Positions 49,693 through 60,721 of a DNA stretch of 64,000 nt are shown here, piece by piece. The number at the start of each line of letters is the position of its first letter. The first letter of the stretch is position 1. The notes under the pieces were generated by a model. The model did no database searches. It was not told where the DNA came from and saw only the letters and a list, made by a program, of their open reading frames with translations. Origin of the DNA: an uncultured Acidobacteriota bacterium (GTDB lineage Bacteria > Acidobacteriota > UBA6911); the NCBI GenBank assembly GCA_963827655.1, contig CAWHCF010000041.1, positions 64,001 to 128,000 on the forward strand, read 5' to 3'. A program made the translations under genes and the position numbers.

Positions 49693-52362
49693 GTGAACCT
49701 GCGCGGCCTGCTATCTGTCGTTTTCAGCATCGCAATGGCCTGCTCCTTCTCCCTCGCTTACCAGCAGAGTTCGGAAGAATTCTTCGAAGCGCGCGTCCGT
49801 CCGGTTCTGGTGAAGAACTGTTTTTCATGCCACACCAGCGCCCCGATGGGCGGCTTGAGGCTGGACTCGGGGGAAAGTCTGTTGAAAGGGGGAGACAGCG
49901 GACCGGCTATCGTAGCAGGCAATCCGGACCAGAGTCTCTTGATTCAGGTCATCCGCCACTCCCACGAAAGGCTGAAGATGCCCTTCGGGCGCGACAAGTT
50001 GAGAAACGAGGAGATTGCCGATCTGGCAGCCTGGGTCAAGAGCGGCGCCGCCTGGCCAAAAACCACGGCACCGGCCGCAGCCGCAACCCGGAGTGGTGAG
50101 TATGTCATCACGCCCGAACAACGGTCGTTCTGGTCGTTCCGGCCGGTTCAGAAACCGTCATTGCCTCAGGTCAAAGACACGAGCTGGCCCAGGTCTCCCA
50201 TTGACTTCTTCATCCTGTCGAAGCTGGAGGAGCGTGGACTTACGCCGGTGAGAGCCGCCGACAAGCGAGTCCTGATTCGAAGAGCTTACTTTGATCTTAC
50301 CGGGCTGCCGCCTTCGCCGGAAGAAGTCGACGCTTTCGTGCAAGACTCGTCTCCCGAAGCCTTCGCCAGACTGATCGATCGTCTGCTGGCATCCCCGAGA
50401 TATGGCGAACGCTGGGGACGCCACTGGCTCGATGTCGCGCGGTATTCGGATGACAAGCTCGATCCCACCGGTGAAACCCCTTACGAGAATTCATTCCGCT
50501 ACCGGGATTGGGTCATCAAGGCTTTCAACGACGACATGCCTTATGACCTCTTTGTGAAAGCGCAGATCGCGGGAGACCTTCTCGGAGGCGAAGAACCCGA
50601 GAAGCTTGTACCCGGTCTGGGGTTTTTTGCCCTCAGCCCGCAATTCCAGGACGATCGCGTCGATGCAACCACGCGCGGCTTTCTCGGGCTGACTGTCGCC
50701 TGCGCTCAGTGTCACGATCATAAATACGATCCTATTCCCACGCGAGACTTTTACTCCCTTCTCGGTATCTTCAAGAGCACCGAGTCCCACGACTTTCCCC
50801 TGGCCCCGGCTAACGTGGTGGCCGACTACGACAGCCTGCAGAAAAAAGTGGACGCACAGGAAGGCGCCATCAGGGAGTTCGTCCAGTCACAGAGCAGCCA
50901 GTTGAGCGAAATCCTGGCGGCCAAGACGTCCCGCTACCTGTCCGCTGTGTGGAGGGTCCTGGGCGAACCTAAAATGGATGTCCAGCTTGTGGCGGATGTG
51001 GAAAAGCTGGACAAGGAGACTCTGGAGCGCTGGATTGAGTATGTCAAGAAACCGGAAAAGGAACATCCATTCCTGAATAAGTGGAACGAGCGGCTGGCCG
51101 GCCCGGACTCACCCGAGCGGGAAAAACTGGCCGGCGAATTTCAGGATCTTGTCCTGGCCGTAGCGGCCGAAAAGAAGGCGATCGACGAGAAGAACAACAT
51201 TGCGCTGGGTGGCAACAAGGACCGGAGGTCTCTCACCAACGCCAATCTCCAGTCGCTTGAACGCGACCGCTATTTCCTGTGGCGAGATCTCTTCAGCGAG
51301 AGAGGAATTCTCTACTACGGCGATCGAAAGCTCGACCGTTTTCTTAGCGGCGAGTGGAAGAACCACGTCGATTCGCTGCGAGCCGAGCTTGCCAGGCTCA
51401 AGCAAGCGCTGCCACCGAGGTATCCGTTCCTGCACGCGATCCGCGATATCGACAAACCAGCGAACATGAGGGTTCAGCTGCGCGGCAACCCTGAGACGCT
51501 GGGAGATGAAGCGCCGCGCCGTTTTGTTGCGATTCTGTGCCCGGACGCCCCCGCCCCCTTCACCAAGGGGAGTGGCCGGCTCGAGCTGGCCGAAGCGATT
51601 GCGAATCGGAGCAACCCTTTGACCGCGCGCGTCATGGTGAATCGACTCTGGCAGCACCACTTCGGCCAGGGAATCGTGCGTACTCCGAGCAATTTTGGCC
51701 AGCTTGGAGACCGCCCGAGTCATCCCGAGTTGCTCGATTATCTCGCTCACCGCTTCATGGAAGCTAACTGGTCCATCAAAGCGATGCACCGGGAGATCAT
51801 GCTCTCAAACACCTATGCCTTGAGCGCCGAGTATTCGGCTCGAAACTATTCGGTCGAACCGGAGAACCGGCTGCTCTGGAGAGCGAATCGGCGTCGCCTC
51901 GACGCCGAAGCCTTGCGCGACGCCCTGCTCCAGGTATCCGGCAATCTCGATCTGACGATGGGAGGAGCGGCTGTCAAGATGACGGATCAGCACAAGAGAC
52001 GCACCGTTTACGGCTTCGTCAGTCGAAAGAAACTCGACGGTACGCTGGCTCTATTCGACTTCGCCAATCCGAACAACACCAGCGAGAGCAGGATTGTAAC
52101 CAACGTGCCGCTGCAAAAGCTTTTCTTTATGAACAGCGACTTCGTAGCGCTTCAGGCCAAGGGCCTGGTCGACCGGCTGAGCTCGCCGGACGGCTCCGAT
52201 GACACGTCAAGAATCAACCAGGCGTACCGGATTCTCTTCGGGCGTCTTCCAACAAAGAAAGAGTTGAAGCTTGGGTTGGATTTCGTACGAGAAGACAAAG
52301 GCGCCTGGCGGGAATACACTCAGGCGTTAATGAGCTCCAACGAGTTCGTCTATCTCAATTGA
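49693..52362 (+). CDS. PSD1 / planctomycete cytochrome c domain protein (PSCyt1-DUF1549-DUF1553)
   Basis: CFSCH and CAQCHDHK heme motifs; YGERWGRHWLD.ARY, NPLTARV.VNR.W, HPELLDYLA and NEFVYL. Confidence 0.95.
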   Translation: MNLRGLLSVVFSIAMACSFSLAYQQSSEEFFEARVRPVLVKNCFSCHTSAPMGGLRLDSGESLLKGGDSGPAIVAGNPDQSLLIQVIRHSHERLKMPFGRDKLRNEEIADLAAWVKSGAAWPKTTAPAAAATRSGEYVITPEQRSFWSFRPVQKPSLPQVKDTSWPRSPIDFFILSKLEERGLTPVRAADKRVLIRRAYFDLTGLPPSPEEVDAFVQDSSPEAFARLIDRLLASPRYGERWGRHWLDVARYSDDKLDPTGETPYENSFRYRDWVIKAFNDDMPYDLFVKAQIAGDLLGGEEPEKLVPGLGFFALSPQFQDDRVDATTRGFLGLTVACAQCHDHKYDPIPTRDFYSLLGIFKSTESHDFPLAPANVVADYDSLQKKVDAQEGAIREFVQSQSSQLSEILAAKTSRYLSAVWRVLGEPKMDVQLVADVEKLDKETLERWIEYVKKPEKEHPFLNKWNERLAGPDSPEREKLAGEFQDLVLAVAAEKKAIDEKNNIALGGNKDRRSLTNANLQSLERDRYFLWRDLFSERGILYYGDRKLDRFLSGEWKNHVDSLRAELARLKQALPPRYPFLHAIRDIDKPANMRVQLRGNPETLGDEAPRRFVAILCPDAPAPFTKGSGRLELAEAIANRSNPLTARVMVNRLWQHHFGQGIVRTPSNFGQLGDRPSHPELLDYLAHRFMEANWSIKAMHREIMLSNTYALSAEYSARNYSVEPENRLLWRANRRRLDAEALRDALLQVSGNLDLTMGGAAVKMTDQHKRRTVYGFVSRKKLDGTLALFDFANPNNTSESRIVTNVPLQKLFFMNSDFVALQAKGLVDRLSSPDGSDDTSRINQAYRILFGRLPTKKELKLGLDFVREDKGAWREYTQALMSSNEFVYLN

Positions 52363-52397
52363 GGCCGTCTTCTTATCAGAAGACGCGAGGAGACAGG

Positions 52398-53774
52398 ATG
52401 ATTACTCGACGCGACGCGCTCCGAACCATGGGCAGCGGCTTCGGAATGCTTGCGCTGTCAACCCTTATGAAGGGCTCGGAGTCCAGAAGTCCGCTGGCAG
52501 CCAAAGCGCCTCACTTCGCGCCCAAAGCCAAGCATGTCATCTTTCTCTTCCTCAACGGCGGGCCGTCGCAGGTTGATACCTTCGATCCCAAGCCGCTGCT
52601 TACCAAGCACCACGGCCAGCCGATGCCGACGCCTAACCTGAAAACCGAGCGCAAGACCGGGAACTTGCTGTGCTCGCCGTTCAGTTTCAAAAAGTACGGC
52701 CAGAGCGGAATCGAAGTGAGCGAAATATTTTCGCAGGTGGGAGAATGCATCGATGACATCTGCGTCATTCGTTCCATGCATACCGAACGGCCCAACCACG
52801 AGCCTTCGCTTTTCATGATGAACTGCGGCGACAGACTCCCTGGGCGCCCTTCAATGGGATCATGGCTCACTTACGGGCTGGGAACCGAGAACCAGAATCT
52901 ACCTGGCTTCGTTGTGCTCTGTCCCGGTCTACCCGTCATCGGACCGCAGCTCTGGAGTTCCGCTTTTTTGCCCGGAGCCTATCAGGGAATTCACCTGCCG
53001 AATAACGAGAAAGAGCCGGAAAAGCTCATCCCGCACATCCGCAACAAAGACCTCGCGCTGCCCGAGCAGAAACGCCAGCTCGATCTGCTGGGGAGGCTGA
53101 ATCGATTGCACCTGGCCCAGGAGGGACCGGATCCCCAGCTGGAGGCCAGCATTCAATCCCTCGAACTTGCTTACCGCATGCAGAGTGAAGCGCCCGAGGT
53201 TTTCGACCTTGCGAAAGAGAGCGAAGCCACGCGGCAGCGGTACGGCGACGGCGACTTCGCCCGCGGCTGTCTCATGGCTGCCCGGCTGGTCGAGCGGGGC
53301 GTCCGCATGGTGCAGATCTACTTCGGTAACGGCCAGCCCTGGGACAATCATGATGACATCCAGATTCACCGCAAGCTCGCGGCTAAGGCGGACGGAGCCA
53401 TTGCAGCGCTGATCAAGGATCTGAAGGCGCGCGGCCTGCTCCAGGAAACCATCGTGCTCATCGGCGGCGAGTTCGGCCGGACCCCGGTGGTCGAGGTCAG
53501 CGGTCTGGTCAACGTGCAGAACGGACGCGACCACAACAGCCACGGCTTCTTCATGCTGCTCGCAGGCGGCGGGATAAAAGGGGGCATCACTTACGGGGCA
53601 ACCGACGACTTCGGCTTCAAGGCCGTGGAAAAACCGGTTCACCCCCACGACCTGCACGCCACCATTCTGCACCTTTTCGGTCTCGATCACACCCGTCTCA
53701 CCTACCGGTACAGCGGCCGAGACTTTCGATTGACGGATGTACACGGCCAGGTGATCAAGGACATTCTGGCGTAG
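52398..53774 (+). CDS. DUF1501 protein (Tat substrate)
   Basis: TRRDAL, AKHVIFLF..GGPSQ.DTFDPKP, WD.H, EFGRTP, GRDH and DLHAT. Confidence 0.95.
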   Translation: MITRRDALRTMGSGFGMLALSTLMKGSESRSPLAAKAPHFAPKAKHVIFLFLNGGPSQVDTFDPKPLLTKHHGQPMPTPNLKTERKTGNLLCSPFSFKKYGQSGIEVSEIFSQVGECIDDICVIRSMHTERPNHEPSLFMMNCGDRLPGRPSMGSWLTYGLGTENQNLPGFVVLCPGLPVIGPQLWSSAFLPGAYQGIHLPNNEKEPEKLIPHIRNKDLALPEQKRQLDLLGRLNRLHLAQEGPDPQLEASIQSLELAYRMQSEAPEVFDLAKESEATRQRYGDGDFARGCLMAARLVERGVRMVQIYFGNGQPWDNHDDIQIHRKLAAKADGAIAALIKDLKARGLLQETIVLIGGEFGRTPVVEVSGLVNVQNGRDHNSHGFFMLLAGGGIKGGITYGATDDFGFKAVEKPVHPHDLHATILHLFGLDHTRLTYRYSGRDFRLTDVHGQVIKDILA

Positions 53775-53854
53775 CGCGCTTTAACGCCAAGACACGAAGA
53801 CACTGATTCGAACTTAGAGTCCTGGCGTCTTTGCGGTGAATTGACTGCTAATCT

Positions 53855-55153
53855 ATGCAAATAAGAACTCTGTCACTGATTGCAATACTGTTTGTTACGG
53901 CCCCGGCTGCTCGGGCACAAATCCGAGCCGGCGTCGGGGAGGGAAACATCACGCCGCCTGCGGGCACACCGTCGGCCGGCTACGGAAACCGCCTGGGACG
54001 CGGAATGACGGGCGTTCACGATCCTCTACTGGCGCGCGCGCTCGTGCTCGACGACGGAACCAAGACGATTGCGCTGATTGGGGTCGACCACCTCGGATAC
54101 AACTCCGCGATGGTGCAGGCCGTCAAGAAGGCGGTGCGCGAGAACCCGGCAACCGCGCGCTGGGAAGTCTATCTCGGATCCTCCCACACGCACGCCGGCG
54201 GGGGTGCCTACTTGAACCTGCCGGGGTTGGGTGAGCTCCTGGCGGGCAAATTTGATCCGGCAATCCTTCAACTCTATGTCGAAGGCGCGGCCAAGGCAGT
54301 CTTCGCCGCCGCCGCCAGACTCGAGCCGGCCAGAGTAGGGGTTGGGTACGGAACCGCCGAAAGCCTCAACCGCTACCGGGGAGACTGGCCGCCTAACGTA
54401 AAGACACTCGACGATGTGGCGGTGATCAAGGTAACCCGGGCAGACGGCTCTCCCCTGGGAGTCTTATTCAACTTCGCGGCCCACGCGACGGTTCTAGGCG
54501 GTTCGAACATGGAATTCTCGGCCGACTTCGTCGGTTACGCGCGCAAGCACACCGAGGCCCTGATCGGCGGAGGCGTAAGCTCGGTTTACTTCAACGGCGC
54601 CCAGGGAGACGTCGCGCCCCGCGCGCCCGGCAGCGGCGACGCTTTTCAGAAATGCGAAGCCATGGGAAAGGCTCTGGCCGAGGCGGTCAAGCGTACCTGG
54701 GATGCCACGGAGGTTTCCAGCCAGCTGAAAATCAATTCCGCGCATCACACCTATGAGCTCGAACCGAAAACCACCGGAACCGGCCAGGATATTCGCATCG
54801 GTTCGCAGTCTACCGAAGTCAACGCGATTGTATTCAATGACCGGCACGCGTTCGTGACCATTCCGGGCGAGCTGAGTTGCATCTATGACGCCGATATCAA
54901 GCGCTTTGGCGGATGGCTCGGCTTCACACAAGTCTCGATTCTCGGATTGACCAACGACGCCCACGGCTACATCATCACCCCCGAGTCGTGGCGGCACCAG
55001 ACCTACGAATCGTCTTTGTCGTTCGGAGGTGAGTTCTACGGAGAGCGATTGAAGGATGTGGTGTATGCGCTCTTGCATGCCCTCGAGCCCGCCGGTGCTT
55101 ACAACAAGGATAAAGCCAGGCGATCTTCAGTCCTCTCAGTCCCAGTCCGATAG
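53855..55153 (+). CDS. Neutral/alkaline ceramidase N-terminal domain protein
   Basis: ITP...AGYG.R....GVHDPL.ARA, SHTHAG, NFA.HAT, GAQGD, PGE and GYI. Confidence 0.85.
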   Translation: MQIRTLSLIAILFVTAPAARAQIRAGVGEGNITPPAGTPSAGYGNRLGRGMTGVHDPLLARALVLDDGTKTIALIGVDHLGYNSAMVQAVKKAVRENPATARWEVYLGSSHTHAGGGAYLNLPGLGELLAGKFDPAILQLYVEGAAKAVFAAAARLEPARVGVGYGTAESLNRYRGDWPPNVKTLDDVAVIKVTRADGSPLGVLFNFAAHATVLGGSNMEFSADFVGYARKHTEALIGGGVSSVYFNGAQGDVAPRAPGSGDAFQKCEAMGKALAEAVKRTWDATEVSSQLKINSAHHTYELEPKTTGTGQDIRIGSQSTEVNAIVFNDRHAFVTIPGELSCIYDADIKRFGGWLGFTQVSILGLTNDAHGYIITPESWRHQTYESSLSFGGEFYGERLKDVVYALLHALEPAGAYNKDKARRSSVLSVPVR

Positions 55154-55183
55154 CGTGTCATCCTTCCCGGAAAGCGAGAAGCC

Positions 55184-55957
55184 ATGAACAAACCCAAGAC
55201 CGTACTCATCACCGGCGCCGCAGGGAACCTTGGAGCCAAACTGCGGCAGCATCTGGAAGGACGGTATAGACTGGTGCTGCTTGATATCGATCCACGTGGC
55301 GACGGCGCGATCGTCCAGGCTGATTTGAGCACCTGGACCAAAGGCTGGCTCGATCTATTCCAGGGGGTCGACGCCGTAGTTCATTTTGCAGCCGACCCGA
55401 CGGCTTTTCAAACCTGGCCGAAGTTGATCGCCCCCAACCTGGATGTTCTGATCAACGTTTATCAGGCTTCGGCCCAGGCCGGCGTCAAACGCATGATCTA
55501 CGCCAGCTCGAACCATGTCATGGGAGGCTACCAGAATGTTCCACAACCGGCGGGAATCACCACCGACATACCCCCCAGGCCGGGCACGCAATATGTAGCG
55601 GATGGACAAGCGCGCGACTCAACACCATACGGGTCGGCCAAGCTGTTCGGCGAGCGGCTGGGCAAGTGCTATGCCGAGAGTCATGGACTGTCAGTGATTG
55701 CCGTGCGCATCGGGTGGGTCAAAGCCGGCGACAACCGGCCCGCGGACCTTCCTCTCGAGCGCGGTCCGTGGTTCCGGCTGATGTGGTTGTCGAATCGCGA
55801 TTTCTGCCATCTCATGGAACGCTGTGTCGAAGCCGATGTCGCAATGCCCTTCGCGGTTATCAATGGAATGTCGGCCAACACCGGAATGCGCTGGGATATC
55901 GAGTACACCCGCAAGCTGGTGGGGTACGAGCCGAAGGACGACGTCACGCGCGGCTAG
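55184..55957 (+). CDS. NAD(P)-dependent epimerase/dehydrogenase (uronate dehydrogenase-like)
   Basis: TGAAG.LG, ASSNH, YGSAK, RIG and WLS.RD. Confidence 0.88.
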   Translation: MNKPKTVLITGAAGNLGAKLRQHLEGRYRLVLLDIDPRGDGAIVQADLSTWTKGWLDLFQGVDAVVHFAADPTAFQTWPKLIAPNLDVLINVYQASAQAGVKRMIYASSNHVMGGYQNVPQPAGITTDIPPRPGTQYVADGQARDSTPYGSAKLFGERLGKCYAESHGLSVIAVRIGWVKAGDNRPADLPLERGPWFRLMWLSNRDFCHLMERCVEADVAMPFAVINGMSANTGMRWDIEYTRKLVGYEPKDDVTRG

Positions 55958-56003
55958 CTCCGCGTCCCCTTCGTGTCTTTGCGTCCTGGCGGTATTTGTT
56001 GCT

Positions 56004-57185
56004 TCAGACTTTCACAAACCAGCGGCGCCGGAACATCACGTACGAAACCGCGAAAAACAGCAAGACGTAGGTCAGAGCGTAGAGGAGCGAAGCATTTATG
56101 GGAGAAGCCAGCGGAGCGTAAATCCGGTCGAAAATAAATCGGCCGAGCGTCAGGCTCGTGCCGTCGTTTCCGGCAATCCTGATCACGCCCAATGTCTTCG
56201 CCAGAAGTCCCGCGAGTACATAGACGGCAATCGCGTTCATTCCATAGATGGCGAAAGGCATGGCCCATCGCTTGTATCCCTTCACATCCGCAAGCCAATA
56301 ACAGAATCCAAATATTACGGAAGCCATCCCGGCCATGAATACTGCGTAAGAACTTGTCCACAGGTTCTTGTTTATCGGGAGCCACACACCCATCAGCAGC
56401 CCCGCGGCCAGCAGCGCGCCCCCCGTGATGAGCAGCCCTGCGGTTTTCTCTCCCGGGCTTCTCTGAGAGCGCAGCAGGTGACCGGTAAGGATGCCAAAAA
56501 GTGTGGTTGCAATAGCCGGAAGCGTGCTGACGATACCCTCGGGATCCCAGGTCTTCGTGGCGGCCCACATGTGTCCGTTCAGAAACAGTCCGTCTATGTA
56601 CTGGGCGAGATTGCCTTCTCTATCCAGCACTCCCGCCCCGTAACCCGGGACCGGGACAAGCTTCATCAGAAGCCAATAGACGAGCAGCAGCCCTGCGGTC
56701 CAGAATGCCTGGCCGCGAATGCTCGTCGTGAGATAAATGACCGCCCCAATCAGATAGCACACGGCGATCCGCTGCAAGACTCCGGGGATCCGAAGAGTCG
56801 AAAGATCGTAATAAGGAAATCCGTTAAGAAGCAAGCCGAGGGCGAAGATCAGCGCGGCGCGGCGAATCGTGTGCAGCAGGAGTATCTTCCGGTCGGCTCC
56901 CTGTGCTAAACGCCGGGCAAACGACAGGGTCATCGCCACGCCGACTATCCAGAGGAAAAACGGGAAAATGATGTCTGTGAATGTCCAGCCGTGCCAGATC
57001 GCGTGGCGCAGCGGAGGATAGACGGCATTCCATGTGCCCGGATTGTTGACCAGCATCATGGAGGCTATGGTTGCGCCTCGAAATACATCGAGCGAGAGGA
57101 GCCTCGGCTGAGCGCCGGTATCGGGCTCCGGTTTACCCTGCCGGGACGCCCTCGTTTCTAGTTTCGGACTGATAATCGTCGACAT
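56004..57185 (-). CDS. Heparan-alpha-glucosaminide N-acetyltransferase-like (NagX/DUF5009) membrane protein
   Basis: RL.SLDVFRG, H..W.G.T.TD..FP.F, PGVLQRIA, DPEG and PINKNLWTSS. Confidence 0.92.
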   Translation of the reverse strand: MSTIISPKLETRASRQGKPEPDTGAQPRLLSLDVFRGATIASMMLVNNPGTWNAVYPPLRHAIWHGWTFTDIIFPFFLWIVGVAMTLSFARRLAQGADRKILLLHTIRRAALIFALGLLLNGFPYYDLSTLRIPGVLQRIAVCYLIGAVIYLTTSIRGQAFWTAGLLLVYWLLMKLVPVPGYGAGVLDREGNLAQYIDGLFLNGHMWAATKTWDPEGIVSTLPAIATTLFGILTGHLLRSQRSPGEKTAGLLITGGALLAAGLLMGVWLPINKNLWTSSYAVFMAGMASVIFGFCYWLADVKGYKRWAMPFAIYGMNAIAVYVLAGLLAKTLGVIRIAGNDGTSLTLGRFIFDRIYAPLASPINASLLYALTYVLLFFAVSYVMFRRRWFVKV

Positions 57186-57200
57186 GTTTCGCGCCCCTTA

Positions 57201-57433
57201 GGGCTCGCGCAGAAATAACTTCACATTCTGGCGCGAGAGTCCGGTGGTCAATCATGAACCGGTTTCTGTTCGCCAAGCACGCTGAGGATCGCGCCCCTTC
57301 GGGCCGCGGCCCGCAGGCCCGCTGGCTTTGTTGCTCCCTCCTCACGTACCGCGACGGGTATGCGTCGCCACTCGCGCCTCGCCAGCGGGCCGGGGGCCTG
57401 CAGCAGAATGCGAACTTATTTCTGCGCGAACCC
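57201..57433 (+). mobile_element. MITE, 233 bp, TTA target duplication
   Basis: TTA|GGGCTCGCGCAGAAATAA ... TTATTTCTGCGCGAACCC|TTA; the right TTA is the asparaginase TAA stop; the first ~100 bp closely match the 40711 copy. Confidence 0.9.
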
Positions 57434-57949
57434 TTAGCGGTCAGGTTGCTCCAAGTTAGTTTCTTCGAATTGCCCCGTCTTCCGGTTCTTCCTGACCCGA
57501 TCCCAGTGAAAGTATCTGCCGTTCATCGCTATGTAAACACCGGGCGAGAGGCTCTGAGCGAACGCCAGGGCGCTTCCTAAATTGAACAGACCATCCGAGC
57601 TCCCGAATTTGTACGGAATCATAGCTCCGGTCAGAACGATCGTCTTCTGACGGACGGCCTTTCCCAGGACTTCGGCCGTCTGCTCCATGGTATCGGTTCC
57701 GTGCGTGACGATGATTCTGGACTCGCGCGAGTTCAGACAATGCTTCAGTATTGTGCGCCTGTGCCGGTCCGTCATCTCGAGACTGTCGATCATCATAAGG
57801 GTTCGAACTGAAACCTTCAACCTGGAGCGCCCGAGCGCCAGCATTTCCGGAACGTGAGTGTCTTTAAAAAAGAGCGTACCATTCAGTTCGTTGTACTCTT
57901 TATCAAAGGTCCCTCCGGTTACAAAGATTCTAATCGCCGTTTTGGACAT
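57434..57949 (-). CDS. Short asparaginase-domain protein
   Basis: TGGTFDK, DSL.M, HGTDTM and TGAM.P. Confidence 0.9.
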   Translation of the reverse strand: MSKTAIRIFVTGGTFDKEYNELNGTLFFKDTHVPEMLALGRSRLKVSVRTLMMIDSLEMTDRHRRTILKHCLNSRESRIIVTHGTDTMEQTAEVLGKAVRQKTIVLTGAMIPYKFGSSDGLFNLGSALAFAQSLSPGVYIAMNGRYFHWDRVRKNRKTGQFEETNLEQPDR

Positions 57950-58012
57950 GACTCTTGCGTATGCCTCATCAACCACAAAGACACGAAACACGAAGAAACT
58001 CCAAGAATAACG

Positions 58013-58981
58013 TCATCTCACGGGAACCGCATTCTTCGCCACATAATCTTCGAGTTGATCGCCAGGTCCGATGTGGTGATAAGCCTCGGCATATTCAAGT
58101 CCGTATTTCCGTCCGACCTGCCGATCGCGCTCGCGAAACCTGAGATTGACATACTCCCGAATGGCAGCGTCGTCATCCCGTTCGAGCGCCGGAAGCCGCA
58201 GATTTCTGGCGGCCAGACTCTGTTTGAGCTGGCCTACCATATTCTTGATCATCGTCCTGTTGGCGCGGATCACCGACATCTTCTTGTCAATCGTGGAGGA
58301 AATGTCGACCACGCGGTTCACGAGCTGGGGACCGCGGGCAAAATAGTATTTTTCTTGCACGCCGTGCGGCTTCAGCCCGGCTGCAAAATGCTCCGGGTAA
58401 TCCAGCCTGCCGCCGGCCATCCAACATGCCGACTCCACACACTGCGCCGTAACATAGTGGTCGGGGTTTTCTTCGTAATGACCCCAGGGATCGTAGCAGA
58501 AGATCGTGTCCACCTTGAGCAAGCGAAAAAGAAAGAGCAGACGGGCCCGCATTTCGACTCGGGACACATCGTCCATTCGATGGTTGCGATAGTTCAGGTT
58601 GAAGACCTGTTTGAGCCCCAGCTCCTTCGCCATCGCCTCTGTTTCCCGCTCGTTCGCCAGCACGGTTTCGCCCATGCTGAGGTCGAATGAATCCTTCTCA
58701 TCGTTGCTGGTCCGGATCAAGTAGCCGGTATAACCTTCGTTCAGGAGTTTAGCTATCGTGCCGGCCGCGAAAATCGGGGCGTCATCCGAGTGAGGTTCTA
58801 TTACGGCGAGCACCTTGCCGGTGTGGGGTTTGTCTCGCGCCGGGCGTTCGATGACCAGGTCGCCGCCCTGGGTGACGTCTCCGGGCGCAGTCTGGCGCGC
58901 AGCCTGGCCGGCTACAGCTTCATTCGCACCCGAAAGGGCGCTTCCTGCGAGCGTCGCGCTGACAAATTCACGTCGATTCAT
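58013..58981 (-). CDS. PIG-L/LmbE family deacetylase (Tat substrate)
   Basis: NRREF Tat motif; PHSDD, ENPDH and YAE. Confidence 0.88.
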   Translation of the reverse strand: MNRREFVSATLAGSALSGANEAVAGQAARQTAPGDVTQGGDLVIERPARDKPHTGKVLAVIEPHSDDAPIFAAGTIAKLLNEGYTGYLIRTSNDEKDSFDLSMGETVLANERETEAMAKELGLKQVFNLNYRNHRMDDVSRVEMRARLLFLFRLLKVDTIFCYDPWGHYEENPDHYVTAQCVESACWMAGGRLDYPEHFAAGLKPHGVQEKYYFARGPQLVNRVVDISSTIDKKMSVIRANRTMIKNMVGQLKQSLAARNLRLPALERDDDAAIREYVNLRFRERDRQVGRKYGLEYAEAYHHIGPGDQLEDYVAKNAVPVR

Positions 58982-59173
58982 CATCATCCTCCGATTACAA
59001 TTCCTTGATGGGTGTCTTCTGCATTTCACCAAGACCCGAAGACGCTAAGGTTCGTTCGGGACTTCGCCCGAACGAAAGGACCCCTTGTGAACGACAGCAT
59101 GTTGGTTTGAACGTTTCACCAAGCGCTTAAGAACCGCTGAGCGTCACACATCATAATCGAATTTGGAGCCGCG

Positions 59174-60721
59174 ATGAATGGAGCCGAGAGCCTGATCCGA
59201 ACAGCCGTTGCCGCCGGAGTTGAAGTTTGCTTTGCCAATCCAGGAACCACCGAAATGCCGCTGGTGATCGCTCTCGATACAGTTCCCGGAATGCGCGCCG
59301 TGCTTGGACTCTTCGAAGGAGCTTGCACCGGCGCGGCCGACGGTTACGGCAGAATGTCGGGAAAACCGGCGCTGACGCTTCTCCACCTGGGTCCCGGATT
59401 CGCGAACGGCATTGCCAATCTACACAATGCGCGGCGCGCGCGGTCACCGATCGTAAACCTGATCGGCGACCACGCTACGTGGCACGTGGGCTACGATGCG
59501 CCTCTTACCTCGGATATCGTATCGCTGGCTAAACCCGTATCCGCGTGGGTCCATACCACGCGCACCGCAAGCGAAACCGCCAGGGATGGTGCAGAAGCCA
59601 TAGCGGCTGCGCTTCGCTACCCAGGACACGTCGCGACCCTTATCGTACCTTCCGATTGCCAGCAGGGAGAATCCGGGGGGCCGTTGGCCCCTCATCCCCG
59701 CCAGGCAGCCGCCTCGGTGCCTGAGAGCGCACTGTCCGATAGCGTGACAGCGCTGAGGAGCGGGAAACCCGCGGCGCTCCTGCTCGGCGGGCCTGCGCTG
59801 CTGGAACGCGGGCTCCGCGCCGGAGCGACCATCGCAGCCAGCACGGGCTGCCGGCTTCTGTGCGACACCTTCCCGGCTCGATTGGAGCGCGGCGCGGGGT
59901 TGCCGCTGGTGGAGAAGCTTCCCTATTTTCCGGAACAGGCTATCGAGATGCTCTCCCGATTTGCTTTCTTGATCCTGGCCGGAACATCCGCACCTGTATC
60001 CTTCTTCGGCTACCCAGGGATTCCGAGCCGGCTCACCCCGGCAGAATGCGCTCCGGTCGTCCTGTCGCGACCAGACGAGGACACTGTGGGCGCGCTCGAG
60101 GCACTGGCCGGCAGGCTGAACGCCGGCAAGGACAAAGGGATTGCGGTTCCGGCCGGGCGACCGGCTCGTCCCGTGGGCGCGCTTACACCCCGGAGTCTCG
60201 GTGAGGCCGTCGCAGCCCTTCAGCCCGAAGGAACGATCATCATGGACGAAGGAGCCACGTCGGGGCTTCCGCATTTTCTGGTTTCGGCGGGCGCGCCGCG
60301 CTTCACCTATCTAACCATCACCGGGGGCGCCATTGGCCAGGGACTGCCGTGCGCGACGGGGGCTGCCGTGGCCTGCCCGGACCGAAGAGTGGTGGCGCTT
60401 CAGGCGGACGGAAGCGGAATGTACACGTTGCAGGCTCTCTGGACCCAGGCTCGCGAGGGACTCGATGTCACGACGATTGTGTGCGCCAACAGGAGCTACC
60501 GGGTCCTGCGGGTCGAACTCGCCCGCGCCGGCGTGACGGAGCCCGGGCCGCAGGCTGTCGCCCTTACCGATCTTACGCGGCCGGTGATCGACTGGGTCGA
60601 GCTGGCGCGCGGTATGGGCGTACGCGCCGCGCGGGTCGAGACGGCCGACGCGCTCGTGCTTGAATTCGAGCGCGCCTTGGCCGAACCGGGGCCGAACTTG
60701 ATCGAGGCGATCCTGCCGTGA
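59174..60721 (+). CDS. Thiamine-diphosphate enzyme, acetolactate synthase large subunit-like
   Basis: [12 protein letters not shown]...GAADGY.RM, LHLGPG, GGAIGQG and ADGS.MYT.Q.LWT. Confidence 0.92.
   Translation: MNGAESLIRTAVAAGVEVCFANPGTTEMPLVIALDTVPGMRAVLGLFEGACTGAADGYGRMSGKPALTLLHLGPGFANGIANLHNARRARSPIVNLIGDHATWHVGYDAPLTSDIVSLAKPVSAWVHTTRTASETARDGAEAIAAALRYPGHVATLIVPSDCQQGESGGPLAPHPRQAAASVPESALSDSVTALRSGKPAALLLGGPALLERGLRAGATIAASTGCRLLCDTFPARLERGAGLPLVEKLPYFPEQAIEMLSRFAFLILAGTSAPVSFFGYPGIPSRLTPAECAPVVLSRPDEDTVGALEALAGRLNAGKDKGIAVPAGRPARPVGALTPRSLGEAVAALQPEGTIIMDEGATSGLPHFLVSAGAPRFTYLTITGGAIGQGLPCATGAAVACPDRRVVALQADGSGMYTLQALWTQAREGLDVTTIVCANRSYRVLRVELARAGVTEPGPQAVALTDLTRPVIDWVELARGMGVRAARVETADALVLEFERALAEPGPNLIEAILP

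Noticed and set aside
49540-59075. Exact 19-bp repeat CTAAGGTTCGTTCGGGACT at 49540 and 59045 as ends of a composite element
   Set aside because: Direct orientation, no transposase or target duplication, ordinary genes between; more likely another small dispersed repeat.
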